44,346 bases of DNA from a virus, in the IMG/VR virus record IMGVR_UViG_3300029843_000012; one strand, 5' to 3'. Within the stretch, counting starts at the first letter, position 1. Each line of letters opens with the position of its first letter. A model generated the notes under the pieces. The model saw nothing but the letters and a program-made list of their open reading frames with translations, did not search any database and was not told the DNA's origin. Of the stretch, positions 24,416 through 32,876 are shown one piece after another. Position numbers and translations under genes: made by a program.

Positions 24416-24790
24416 ATGTACATGGGGGAATTAAACGAGTTTTTCAAGGGTTGGAAAGGTTCCCGCATTATTGCCCGGTTTATTGTAGCGTCCCCCGGTT
24501 CGTCCGAGGCTTTGAAAGGGTATTATTTCAACTATGTTGTACCGACGTTTAAACACGCAATTTGGGAGGCGGGCGAACGTCTTACAGAGGAACAAACCGA
24601 ACGACGTTTGAGGGAATTTTCGCCGATAATGTATGAGCAAACCCCAAACATTGATACTGGGAAATACGAAACACGTTTGCGTACAATTGCAGAGTTAAGC
24701 AATGCGGAATTAATAGAGCATATCGAATTCCTAAAACAGCTTGCAAGTGAAGAATACTATTTGTATATTGCAGACCCAAACGAAATGTAA
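24416..24790 (+). CDS. Hypothetical protein (124 aa)
   Basis: The ATG at 24416 (MYMGELNEFFKGW...) follows the upstream stop at 24402. The ORF track start at 24353 lies inside the upstream gene. Confidence 0.6.
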   Translation: MYMGELNEFFKGWKGSRIIARFIVASPGSSEALKGYYFNYVVPTFKHAIWEAGERLTEEQTERRLREFSPIMYEQTPNIDTGKYETRLRTIAELSNAELIEHIEFLKQLASEEYYLYIADPNEM

Positions 24791-24807
24791 TATAAAAATA
24801 GTGTAAT

Positions 24808-25362
24808 ATGGAAATTTGGAAAGATGTACCCGGATACGTTGGGTTGTATCAAATTAGCAATTACGGGCGTGTAAAATCTGTTTTCAGAAATGAGATTTGC
24901 GGTAATATGAATAGAAAAAGAAATGAAAAAATATTAAAACCATCATTAAGGAAAAGATATTATTTTGTTTCGTTGTCTAAAAACGGAATAAAGGACAATG
25001 CGGTAATTCATAGATTAGTTGCGGCGGCTTTCATTCCGAACCCGGAAAACAAACCATGTATCGACCATATCGATGGCAACCGAACCAATAACCATGCAGA
25101 TAATTTGCGTTGGGTTACGGCTAAAGAAAATTCTAATAATTATAATGCCCCCAACACATATAAGGGCAAAAAAATAAATAAAGGCGGTAAAGCCGTTTTG
25201 CAATATGATTTAGAGGGTAATTTTATCAAAGAATGGGTTACTACGATGGAAATACAACGGCAACTTAATTATCATAGAAGTAATATTTCTAATTGCTGTA
25301 ATGGTTTAGTAAAAACCGCATATAATTATATTTGGAGGTATAAAAATGAATGGATTAAATGA
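24808..25362 (+). CDS. HNH homing endonuclease (NUMOD4 plus HNH_3-like), paralog 3
   Basis: MEIWKDVPGYVGLYQISNYGRVKS and HRLVAAAFIPNPENKPCIDHIDGNRTNNHADNLRWVTAKEN. Confidence 0.85.
   Translation: MEIWKDVPGYVGLYQISNYGRVKSVFRNEICGNMNRKRNEKILKPSLRKRYYFVSLSKNGIKDNAVIHRLVAAAFIPNPENKPCIDHIDGNRTNNHADNLRWVTAKENSNNYNAPNTYKGKKINKGGKAVLQYDLEGNFIKEWVTTMEIQRQLNYHRSNISNCCNGLVKTAYNYIWRYKNEWIK
25009..25118 (+). repeat. Dispersed 110-nt repeat (HNH core), copy A
   Basis: It is colinear with 27988..28097 and 41431..41540. I counted 9 mismatches in 110 nt against the 27988 copy. Confidence 0.85.
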
Positions 25363-25546
25363 CAAATCCCCGATGCCACAAGGTAAATTTAAGGGGCAAC
25401 CGATGGAAAACGTACCGTATTGGCATTTGCTTTGGTTGGACGGAAAACCGTTTTGTAACCGGGGCGTCCAAAAGTATATAGACGAAAACCGGGACGTTTT
25501 GGAGTTGGAGAAAAAGCGGGATAAATACCGCAATGAAAATGAGTAA
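25346..25546 (+). CDS. DUF3820-like small protein
   Basis: MPQGKFKGQPMENVPYWHLLWL matches the M-P-F-G-K-[YF]-K-G ... YL-W-L pattern as I recall it. The gene overlaps the HNH gene end by 17 nt. Confidence 0.55.
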   Translation: MNGLNDKSPMPQGKFKGQPMENVPYWHLLWLDGKPFCNRGVQKYIDENRDVLELEKKRDKYRNENE

Positions 25547-25569
25547 TTAACAATTTAATAACCGAGAGT

Positions 25570-25821
25570 ATGACAAACGAACAATTACAGAACGGCGCAA
25601 AGTTAGCCGAACAAATCGGCGCATTGGAGGCGCAATTAGAGGGTTGGAAACGTGCAACACGTTTCATGTATGAAAATGTTACTTTGTTATGCAAAGAAGA
25701 TGGACGGGTTTTTGATAAAATTAAAACGTCCTTTATTGATTTTGATGTTATGAAAACCTTAACAATCGCCCGTATTGAGAAAGAATTAAGTAAGTTAAAA
25801 ACAGACTTTGAAAATTTATAA
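25570..25821 (+). CDS. Hypothetical coiled-coil protein (83 aa)
   Basis: ORF in the gene train. No motif recognised. Confidence 0.65.
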   Translation: MTNEQLQNGAKLAEQIGALEAQLEGWKRATRFMYENVTLLCKEDGRVFDKIKTSFIDFDVMKTLTIARIEKELSKLKTDFENL

Positions 25822-25825
25822 GGTT

Positions 25826-26644
25826 ATGCAAAAATTTGATTTGAAAGATATTTGTTTCTTTGATTGTGAAACAACCGGTGTTCCGGCAAAGGGTTTGAAA
25901 TGGGATGCGGATTTTGAGCAATTCCCGCACGTCGTCCAATTGGCATGGTCGTTGGGCGACAAAGAAAAAAGTTATATAATCAAGCCGGACAATTACGAGA
26001 TACCCCCGGAAACAACCGCAATACATGGTATAACAACCGAACGGGCAATTAAAGAGGGCGTACCATTTGCCGAGGTTGTGGACGAATTTTTATCGGATGC
26101 AAACGCCGCCCCGCTTGTATGTGCGCATAATATTTACTTTGATAGTTCCATGTTGAAAGCAAACGTTTTGCGCTATTGTGGACGGGAATATTACGACGCA
26201 CACGTTGAGGACGCATTGCACAAAGGCAAACGAATTGATACAATGATGAAAACAATTAGGTTTGTCGGTGCATTGTACGCCAACGGGCGACCGGGTAAAT
26301 ACCCAAAATTAGAGGAATTATATAGTAAGTTGTTCCCCGGCGAAACATTCCCGGCGCATGACGCATTAGAGGACATAAGGGCGTTGCGTCGTTGCGTCCC
26401 GGAATTGGTTAATTTGGGGATTATTGAGTTAGCACAAAAGGAATACCCGGCGGAACAACTCAAAGCCCAATTTGAGCCGGAAAAGCCCAAAGGCGGGCGC
26501 AATATTGAGTTCCACGACCCCAACCCGGTAACGGAACCAATCGGAACCGGGGAACCCGTCCCGGAACCAACCCCGGAACCGGAACGCCCGGCGGTTCCGT
26601 CGAATAGTAAGACACGGGAATTATTGGACGAAACAGAATTTTAA
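25826..26644 (+). CDS. DnaQ-like DEDDh 3'-5' exonuclease with a Pro/Glu-rich C-terminal tail
   Basis: Exo I is ICFFDCETTG, Exo II is VCAHNIYFDSSML and Exo III is AHDALEDIRAL. The tail reads EPVPEPTPEPERP...LLDETEF. ATG 25826 is preferred over TTG 25808. Confidence 0.85.
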   Translation: MQKFDLKDICFFDCETTGVPAKGLKWDADFEQFPHVVQLAWSLGDKEKSYIIKPDNYEIPPETTAIHGITTERAIKEGVPFAEVVDEFLSDANAAPLVCAHNIYFDSSMLKANVLRYCGREYYDAHVEDALHKGKRIDTMMKTIRFVGALYANGRPGKYPKLEELYSKLFPGETFPAHDALEDIRALRRCVPELVNLGIIELAQKEYPAEQLKAQFEPEKPKGGRNIEFHDPNPVTEPIGTGEPVPEPTPEPERPAVPSNSKTRELLDETEF

Positions 26645-26658
26645 GTTATAAAACCGTT

Positions 26659-26674
26659 CCGGGCGTATTCCCGG
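26659..26674 (+). terminator. CCGGG-CGTATT-CCCGG hairpin after the exonuclease gene
   Basis: 5-bp GC stem with a 6-nt loop, 15 nt after the stop and 22 nt before the next ATG. Confidence 0.5.
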
Positions 26675-26695
26675 TAACAATCAAATAATTAAAAA

Positions 26696-27385
26696 ATGAG
26701 CGAAGAAAAAAAAGCCGCAAACGTTATGTTGATACCAAGCGAAAAGGCGTTTGCATTGTCTAAAGTCAAGACATTAAAAGACGGCGGGTTAGACGTGCAT
26801 TATGAAGTTACCGAAACAATCGGCAATGAGAGTTACACGAACAAATACCACGTCGAAAGTGCAAAGGACATACACCCCGATTTGCGGGATTGTTTCGACC
26901 GTTTGCGCCCAATCATGGGACGAATTTTCAATATTACGTCTTTTCTTTCAATGGTTGAAACGTCCGATTTCAAGGCAACCAAAAAACAAAACGAGTTATC
27001 ACGGGATTTTGCCGATGAAATGTTGAAAAACATAGAGGTGCGGGGCGTGTCCTTTTCCGGTCAAGACGATAACGTAGGGGTTGTTTTAACCGGATTGTTT
27101 ACCGTATCTAACAATCAAAAAACCGCCATCAATTCGCCCCGCCTTAAATTCAATACGGAAACGTTCGGGTTTGAGGAAGAATTAGAAGAAATTGCCGCCG
27201 ATATTGAAACCGAGGTTTACGCCTTTCTTTTCAAGGGTAAAAAGGCGCAATTGGAGTTGTTCGGGGCTGATGGCGAACCCGCACCCGGATTGAATGCCGA
27301 AAAGGTAGATGATAACGGATTGTTCCCGGATATTAACGACCCGGCGGACGACCCGGAACCGAACGACGAAACGGCGGAAATGTAA
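26696..27385 (+). CDS. Hypothetical acidic protein (229 aa)
   Basis: ORF in the gene train. The C-terminus is strongly acidic (DINDPADDPEPNDETAEM). Confidence 0.75.
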   Translation: MSEEKKAANVMLIPSEKAFALSKVKTLKDGGLDVHYEVTETIGNESYTNKYHVESAKDIHPDLRDCFDRLRPIMGRIFNITSFLSMVETSDFKATKKQNELSRDFADEMLKNIEVRGVSFSGQDDNVGVVLTGLFTVSNNQKTAINSPRLKFNTETFGFEEELEEIAADIETEVYAFLFKGKKAQLELFGADGEPAPGLNAEKVDDNGLFPDINDPADDPEPNDETAEM

Positions 27386-27389
27386 GAGT

Positions 27390-27842
27390 ATGGAACCGTA
27401 TTTGTTGACAGACCGGGACGAATACCAATACTGTATCAATCGGGGGTTTAATCCCCTGATTGATATTCGTAACTTTACAATGGATATTCGTTTGAGGGTT
27501 GAGATACAACGGGAATTGTTCGGGCATTGTATTACGGGACGGGGTGCAAATATAATGGCGGCAAATGAACGTTTTTTTCGTTGGATATGGGATAACAAGC
27601 CGCACCAATGCGAGGAATGTTTAAAGCCATTGCGGAATTATTCCGCCGTTTATTGTTCCCACATTTTGACCCGTGGAGCATACCCGGAAATGGCGCACGA
27701 TGCAAGAAATATTAATATATTATGTTTTGAACATCATTCACTTTGGGAAAATGGAGATAAAACGAAAATGCGTATATATCCCGGTAACATTAGATTGATT
27801 GAATTAATGAAAAATGAATATGCAAATTTGGAAAGATATTGA
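27390..27842 (+). CDS. HNH-motif nuclease of the zinc-finger type, unrelated to the NUMOD4 paralogs
   Basis: MEPYLLTDRDEY...HQCEECLKPL...CSHILTRGAYPEMAHDARNINILCFEHHSLWENG, giving a CxxC ... H ... N ... HH pattern. Confidence 0.6.
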   Translation: MEPYLLTDRDEYQYCINRGFNPLIDIRNFTMDIRLRVEIQRELFGHCITGRGANIMAANERFFRWIWDNKPHQCEECLKPLRNYSAVYCSHILTRGAYPEMAHDARNINILCFEHHSLWENGDKTKMRIYPGNIRLIELMKNEYANLERY

Positions 27843-28329
27843 GGGTTACAAAGGGCATTATCAAATTTCTAATTATGGCAATGTTCGTTCCTTAAAAAAA
27901 GATGCGTTTTTAATGAAAGGTGCATATTTGAAAGGATATAAAATAATTAGTTTATGGAAAAACGGAATAGGTAAAATGTTTCGTATTCATAGATTAGTTG
28001 CGGCGGCATTCATTCCGAACCCGGACAATAAACCATGTATCGACCATATCGACGGCGACCGAGCCAATAACCATGCGGACAACTTGCGTTGGGTTACAGT
28101 TAAAGAGAATCAGAATAACCCAATAACAAAATCTAAATGGATTGGAAGAAAAGCAAAACCACACCACGAAAAAACGATTGAGCAAATAAAAAACGGTATT
28201 GTTGTAAATGTGTTTGTTAGCATACAAGAGGCAGCCCGGAAAGGGAATTTTTCCGCAACGGCGATTTGTAAAGTATGTAAGGGGAAAGGGAATTTGCATA
28301 AGGGTTATAAATGGAGATATAAAAAATGA
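27814..28329 (+). CDS. HNH homing endonuclease (NUMOD4 plus HNH_3-like), paralog 4
   Basis: MNMQIWKDIEGYKGHYQISNYGNVRS and HRLVAAAFIPNPDNKPCIDHIDGDRANNHADNLRWVTVKEN. The gene overlaps the upstream gene by 29 nt. Confidence 0.85.
   Translation: MNMQIWKDIEGYKGHYQISNYGNVRSLKKDAFLMKGAYLKGYKIISLWKNGIGKMFRIHRLVAAAFIPNPDNKPCIDHIDGDRANNHADNLRWVTVKENQNNPITKSKWIGRKAKPHHEKTIEQIKNGIVVNVFVSIQEAARKGNFSATAICKVCKGKGNLHKGYKWRYKK
27988..28097 (+). repeat. Dispersed 110-nt repeat (HNH core), copy B
   Basis: See 25009..25118. Confidence 0.85.
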
Positions 28330-28679
28330 GAACCAAAAAGAGGCAAACCGATTACGGGGCAATTTCCCGGTCGTCTGTTAAACGAGATTTTCAAAGGGTA
28401 CAAAGATACCCCGCCGAGGAAAAACGCCCGCAAATCGAAGAATTGCCAAAAATAAATGCCGAATGTCGTATTATCCACATATCGGAAACAAGTGCATACG
28501 CCAAATTATCCCGGTTTATTGTGGGTAAATTAGTACGGTTGAAAGATAAGGCAAATATAGGCGGTAATTCATGGTATTGCGAGTTTGTGCATGACGATGA
28601 CCGGAAAGCCCTAAACATGGCGGCGGGTTGGTCTGATAACAAAAAAGTATATTTGTTGGACGGTGTAAGATTTAAGTAA
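28326..28679 (+). CDS. Hypothetical protein (117 aa)
   Basis: ATGA overlap with the HNH gene. No motif recognised. Confidence 0.7.
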   Translation: MRTKKRQTDYGAISRSSVKRDFQRVQRYPAEEKRPQIEELPKINAECRIIHISETSAYAKLSRFIVGKLVRLKDKANIGGNSWYCEFVHDDDRKALNMAAGWSDNKKVYLLDGVRFK

Positions 28680-28680
28680 T

Positions 28681-29088
28681 ATGAGTGTAAACAAGGTTAT
28701 TTTGATAGGGCATACAGGTAAAGCCCCCGACGTTAAGTATTTCGATAACGGCGGAGTTGTAGCGACATTTTCGTTAGCCACGACTAAAAGAGGTTTTCAA
28801 ACAAAGGACGGGCGGGATATACCGGAGCGTACCGAATGGCATAATATCGTTTTGCAAAACGGTTTGGCAAAAATTGCGGAACAATACGTTAAGAAAGGCG
28901 ATAAACTTTATATTGAGGGGGAATTGAGAACCCGAAGTTATGACGATGCGCAGGGCGTAAAAAGATATATTACGGAGGTTGTCGGTTACGATATGGAAAT
29001 GTTGACACCGAAAGGAACCGGGACACAAGCCCCGCCGCCCGTGCCGGAAGCCCCCGCACCAAGCCAAAACGATGATTTACCGTTTTAA
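28681..29088 (+). CDS. ssb: Single-stranded DNA-binding protein
   Basis: OB-fold SSB pattern: MSVNKVILIGHTGKAPDVKYF...ATFSLAT...TEWHNIVL...AEQYVKKGDKLYIEGELRTRSY. A Pro-rich linker leads to the acidic tip DDLPF. Confidence 0.9.
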   Translation: MSVNKVILIGHTGKAPDVKYFDNGGVVATFSLATTKRGFQTKDGRDIPERTEWHNIVLQNGLAKIAEQYVKKGDKLYIEGELRTRSYDDAQGVKRYITEVVGYDMEMLTPKGTGTQAPPPVPEAPAPSQNDDLPF

Positions 29089-29093
29089 TCTAT

Positions 29094-29954
29094 ATGGCTA
29101 TGGGAGGAATAAACGGACGGGTTATTTATAGCCCAAAGGGAAAGGCGGCGGAATATGCCGAGAACGCCGCCAATTTCTTTGTAGGTTGCTCAAATGGTTG
29201 CACCTATTGTTATTTGCGCAAAGGTATTGGGGCAAAGGTATTGGGAGGCAACCGCCCCGAATTGAAAAAGACTTTGCGAGAATATCCGTATGCAATCGAC
29301 ATATTTACGAATGAGTTGTTGAAGCATAAAGAAGAATTGCAAAAAACGGGTTTGTTTTTCTCTTTTACAACCGACCCGTTATTACCGGAAACGCAACGGT
29401 TGACCCGTCAAGCGATTGGCGTTTGTCAACGCCACAACGTCCCGGTTAAGGTATTGAGCAAATGCGCCGAGGGTATTAATATACTCATTGATTTTGTCGA
29501 AGCGTCGGCGGGATGGGACAAAACACGTATTGCGATTGGTTCCACGTTGACGGGATGCGACGAATTAGAACCAAATGCAAGCCCCAACCGGATGCGGATA
29601 AGCACGTTAGCAAGGGCAAAACGGCACGGATTCCCAACCTTTGCGAGCGTTGAACCAATACCGCCGGGAATGTTTGACCGGGCATTTTCTGTAATTGCGT
29701 TATCATACCCTTTTGTTGACTTATTTAAAATAGGGCTGCAAAGCGGTTGCAGATATACGAAAAAGGAAACATTAGGATTTTACAACGACGTTGCCGAATA
29801 TTGGGAGGCGCACCCGCACACAACGCTCCGGTTGTATTGGAAAGAGAGTTTTGTTAAAGCGTCCGGGATTAACCGAGATTTATTGCCCGGTTATTGTGTC
29901 CCGGCAAATTACGATTTGTTTAACCAAGATAATAACGATTATGCAGTTTACTAA
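29094..29954 (+). CDS. Radical SAM protein, SplB/COG1533-like (DNA photolyase-like family)
   Basis: A CX3CX2C cluster motif lies near the N-terminus (FFVGCSNGCTYCYLRKG). Downstream blocks (FFSFTTDPLLPE, EPNASPNRMRISTLARAKRHGFPTFASVEPIPP) recall spore-photoproduct-lyase-like radical SAM enzymes. Confidence 0.65.
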   Translation: MAMGGINGRVIYSPKGKAAEYAENAANFFVGCSNGCTYCYLRKGIGAKVLGGNRPELKKTLREYPYAIDIFTNELLKHKEELQKTGLFFSFTTDPLLPETQRLTRQAIGVCQRHNVPVKVLSKCAEGINILIDFVEASAGWDKTRIAIGSTLTGCDELEPNASPNRMRISTLARAKRHGFPTFASVEPIPPGMFDRAFSVIALSYPFVDLFKIGLQSGCRYTKKETLGFYNDVAEYWEAHPHTTLRLYWKESFVKASGINRDLLPGYCVPANYDLFNQDNNDYAVY

Positions 29955-30444
29955 CAAGGATTTCAACCCCGCCCAACATGACCGTTGGCGGGCATTAACC
30001 GTTAAAAACCCGTATGCAACGCAATTGGTTACGGCGGCTTATAAGGATAACGGAGTTGTTTACGGCGAAAAGTGCATTGAGGTACGCAGTAAGAATACAC
30101 CATACCGAGGCGATTTAATGATTTGTTCGTCCGCTAATCCTGTAATTCCCGGTTATGAAAGTGGGGTTACATTGGGATTGGTTGAATTATACGACGTGAA
30201 GCCGATTAAAGATTTTACGCCGGAAGATTGGGAGAATACCCGCATACCGTCCGAAAAGCGCAAAAACATTACAAAGGGCTTCGGGTGGTTGATGCGTAAC
30301 CCCCGCCGGGTTGTTGAGTTCCCAATTAAAGGGCAATTGGGCATTTACAATTTGGTGTACACAAAAGGAGTGATAACCGAATATCCGACGGTAGTAGTGA
30401 TAGATAAAGAGAGTTACGAACTATTGAATAAGAAAGAAAAATGA
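29941..30444 (+). CDS. ASCH (PUA-like) domain protein
   Basis: MQFTNKDF...WRALTVKNPYATQLV...GEKCIEVRSKNTPYRGDLMICSS...GLVELYDV follows the ASCH beta-barrel pattern. The gene overlaps the radical SAM gene by 14 nt. Confidence 0.6.
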   Translation: MQFTNKDFNPAQHDRWRALTVKNPYATQLVTAAYKDNGVVYGEKCIEVRSKNTPYRGDLMICSSANPVIPGYESGVTLGLVELYDVKPIKDFTPEDWENTRIPSEKRKNITKGFGWLMRNPRRVVEFPIKGQLGIYNLVYTKGVITEYPTVVVIDKESYELLNKKEK

Positions 30445-30686
30445 GTAAGAAAAGAATAGGAGTTATCCGAAAGAATGGCGACGTACATACGGCGCAAATT
30501 GGGTTCCATATCGGACGGGTTGGCGTTTGTGGTTACGTCCGGGAATATTGGAAATATAAGAGTTGGTTTGTTATTCCCGGCGTGTCCGTGGATGCGGTCA
30601 ACGGTTACGACCGTTACGTTGATGTTGAGGCGAAAATATTGTTTGTCGGTATCGGCATACGGTTTATATGGATTAAAAGAAAGTAA
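30441..30686 (+). CDS. Hypothetical protein (81 aa)
   Basis: ATGA overlap with the upstream gene. Confidence 0.6.
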   Translation: MSKKRIGVIRKNGDVHTAQIGFHIGRVGVCGYVREYWKYKSWFVIPGVSVDAVNGYDRYVDVEAKILFVGIGIRFIWIKRK

Positions 30687-30690
30687 AGTT

Positions 30691-30987
30691 ATGAAAGCAA
30701 AGATTTTATTGTTATCTTTGGCAACGCTTTTGTTAGGAGCCTGCCAACAAGATAACGAACCGATGGAAGCGTATTTATCAATTAAAAAAACCGAGAGTAT
30801 GGAAGAAAGAAACGAGTTTGTCACGAACGCAGCGGCGGCGATGTTACAGATTAACGCCGAACGTTACAATTGCCAAATCATTGAGGCCGCATTAGCCGGA
30901 GGCAACCGGGTAAGAGTTACCGTTAGAGGCGCAAAGGAAGATTTGGACGCATTGTTTGAGTATGTAAGTGAGGCGGGCGACAAATGA
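30691..30987 (+). CDS. Phage-encoded lipoprotein (98 aa)
   Basis: Signal peptide plus lipobox: MKAKILLLSLATLLLGAC|QQDNE. Confidence 0.7.
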   Translation: MKAKILLLSLATLLLGACQQDNEPMEAYLSIKKTESMEERNEFVTNAAAAMLQINAERYNCQIIEAALAGGNRVRVTVRGAKEDLDALFEYVSEAGDK

Positions 30988-31340
30988 GAATAAGACAGCC
31001 CGCACCATTTGACCCGGATAAGGAATACAGCCCCGGCGAACGTTGCGTTTACCGGGGTATGGTATTGATAGCGGAAATATGGACGGCGGCGGATGCTCGA
31101 TTAGCCAACAACAACCCCGCAATTTTCCTGCAACGATGCGTTCGTTGTAAAATCAAAAGGGAGGATTGCCCCGCAATCGGTAGGAAATGCGATAAATTCC
31201 ATAGGAATGACAGAAAAACGATTTATTGGCGTTTTTTGAGGATTGCCGGAGAATTTAAAGATTGTGCGTTGGAGTTTAATTACAATGGAACAATAGCCGG
31301 AGTTAAGGCACCCGCCGCCCCGGATAGTAATAACAAATAA
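30984..31340 (+). CDS. Hypothetical Cys-containing protein (118 aa)
   Basis: ATGA overlap with the upstream gene. Contains CVRCKIKREDCPAIGRKC. Confidence 0.65.
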   Translation: MRIRQPAPFDPDKEYSPGERCVYRGMVLIAEIWTAADARLANNNPAIFLQRCVRCKIKREDCPAIGRKCDKFHRNDRKTIYWRFLRIAGEFKDCALEFNYNGTIAGVKAPAAPDSNNK

Positions 31341-31351
31341 ATTTTAGAGCG

Positions 31352-32107
31352 ATGAATAAACAAGTATTAAGCCCCTTTGATTGCGATATGTGCGCAATGA
31401 TTGAGGACATTACACAACAAGAAATTAATGTTACAGCGTCCGATACGTCGATACGTTTAAGTTGGTCGCAAAATGGTAGCGAGGGAAAGGATAAGCCGGA
31501 GGCGCAAAGGATTGCAGCGTTGAAACAAGCAATCCGGGGACGTTTGGGAGACCGTTTTATTGAGTTCTCCTATGCTGATAACAAACAATCGGTTTATATG
31601 AAGTACGACCCGGAAGAATACCCGGAAGAGGTAAGAACCAAGTTAGCCGACCCGGACGCAACGGCGGGTTCCCGGTATTGCCGCATAATGTTGGAAGTTG
31701 ATGCAATCCAATTTCGCCGGGACAACGTGAACGACGTATTGAAGTTTACAGGCGGCGGAACGGTTACGACCCTAAGAACCCCGAACGGAAAGGCGGTTTA
31801 TTCATTCCCGGACGGTAACGGAATATTCATTGATGTACCGGAAGATTGGTTTATTATCCGGGAGCCAAACGGACGATTTACTGCCCGCCCCGAAAAGGAT
31901 TTCAAACGGGAATTTGAGCCAAAAGAAATACCCGCCGAAAAATCCCAAATACAACCGGATGAAACAAGCGGATGCGGTAATTGTGTTCATTTCCTGCATG
32001 AAGATGCCGACGGCAACGGATATTGTGAAGCGTTCCAAGAAAAGCAAAATTGCGGTGTTATGCCGTGCCAATATTATATCAATAAACACCAATTGAGCGA
32101 TGAATAA
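31352..32107 (+). CDS. Hypothetical protein (251 aa) with a C-terminal CGxC Cys-rich module
   Basis: The start sits in the TTTAGAGCGATGAATAAA context. The C-terminus reads SGCGNCVHFLHEDADGNGYCEAFQEKQNCGVMPCQYY. Confidence 0.7.
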   Translation: MNKQVLSPFDCDMCAMIEDITQQEINVTASDTSIRLSWSQNGSEGKDKPEAQRIAALKQAIRGRLGDRFIEFSYADNKQSVYMKYDPEEYPEEVRTKLADPDATAGSRYCRIMLEVDAIQFRRDNVNDVLKFTGGGTVTTLRTPNGKAVYSFPDGNGIFIDVPEDWFIIREPNGRFTARPEKDFKREFEPKEIPAEKSQIQPDETSGCGNCVHFLHEDADGNGYCEAFQEKQNCGVMPCQYYINKHQLSDE

Positions 32108-32585
32108 AAGAGAAAAGTTTGTAAAGGAGATTGCGGAAGTTATCAACCGCAATTCATTGGAGGGTAATTTCAATGATACCCCGGATTACATTTTAGCGAG
32201 TGTTGCAGTTGCAGCAATGGAGGCTTTTGCCGATGCGTCCAAAGTACGGGACGATTGGCACGGTTTTAGAAAGGCAGATAATGACCGGAAATATAAAGCC
32301 ATTTGCGAAAGCCAAAAAGCAAAGCCCGTGAAAACTTGTAAGGGTTGCCCGCTTATTGATGTTTGCCCCGCCGTTCAAATGGAAAAGCAACCGGAACGCA
32401 AAAGGGAGTACAAAAAGCCGGAAGCGTTCGACGTGCTAAAAGAGGTGCAAGCAATGGCGGATTTTTTCGGGGAAATGTTTCCCGGAACCGAAGTTGAGAT
32501 ACACCGGATAGAACCCCGGAGAAAGCCATGGGATAAACGCCGGGCAAAGAACAAACGTAATAATCGGAAAGAAAAAACCATTTGA
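32100..32585 (+). CDS. Hypothetical protein (161 aa) with a basic C-terminus
   Basis: The start is GAGCGATGAATAAA and overlaps the upstream gene by 8 nt. Contains CKGCPLIDVC. Confidence 0.7.
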   Translation: MNKREKFVKEIAEVINRNSLEGNFNDTPDYILASVAVAAMEAFADASKVRDDWHGFRKADNDRKYKAICESQKAKPVKTCKGCPLIDVCPAVQMEKQPERKREYKKPEAFDVLKEVQAMADFFGEMFPGTEVEIHRIEPRRKPWDKRRAKNKRNNRKEKTI

Positions 32586-32588
32586 GGA

Positions 32589-32843
32589 ATGAAAAAGGGA
32601 AATAATTGTTCCGGTACAATCCCGGATAAGTTGACCGGATGCGCCCCGGATAATCGGACACCCCAAAAGATATGCGGGACGTGTCGTTATTTTAACCCGG
32701 AATATCCGATAAACGGGAAACCCCGCCCGGTATGTTTAGCGTTGAAAGAAACCAAAGACGGGCATACGTATAAAATCACATTAGGAGTTGAACCGCATTT
32801 TCATTGCTCAAACGGAAAGTATGAAAATGGAATAGGACGATAG
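32589..32843 (+). CDS. Hypothetical small Cys-rich protein (84 aa)
   Basis: Contains ICGTCRYFNPEYP...PVCLAL...HFHCSNGKY. Confidence 0.65.
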   Translation: MKKGNNCSGTIPDKLTGCAPDNRTPQKICGTCRYFNPEYPINGKPRPVCLALKETKDGHTYKITLGVEPHFHCSNGKYENGIGR

Positions 32844-32851
32844 AGCAATAG

Positions 32852-32876
32852 CCCCGGAAAACAAAGCCGGGGTTTT
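32852..32876 (+). terminator. Rho-independent terminator (CCCCGG-AAAACAAAG-CCGGGG followed by TTTT)
   Basis: 6-bp GC stem followed by a T-run, 9 nt after the stop at 32843. Confidence 0.65.

Noticed and set aside
29791-29940. Upstream extensions suggested by the ORF track for several genes (29791, 27309, 30475, 12905, 14922, 24353, 15625, 25808)
   Set aside because: These extensions lie inside the preceding gene or an intergenic promoter region. An ATG placed at or just after the upstream stop gives a compact, motif-complete protein in each case.
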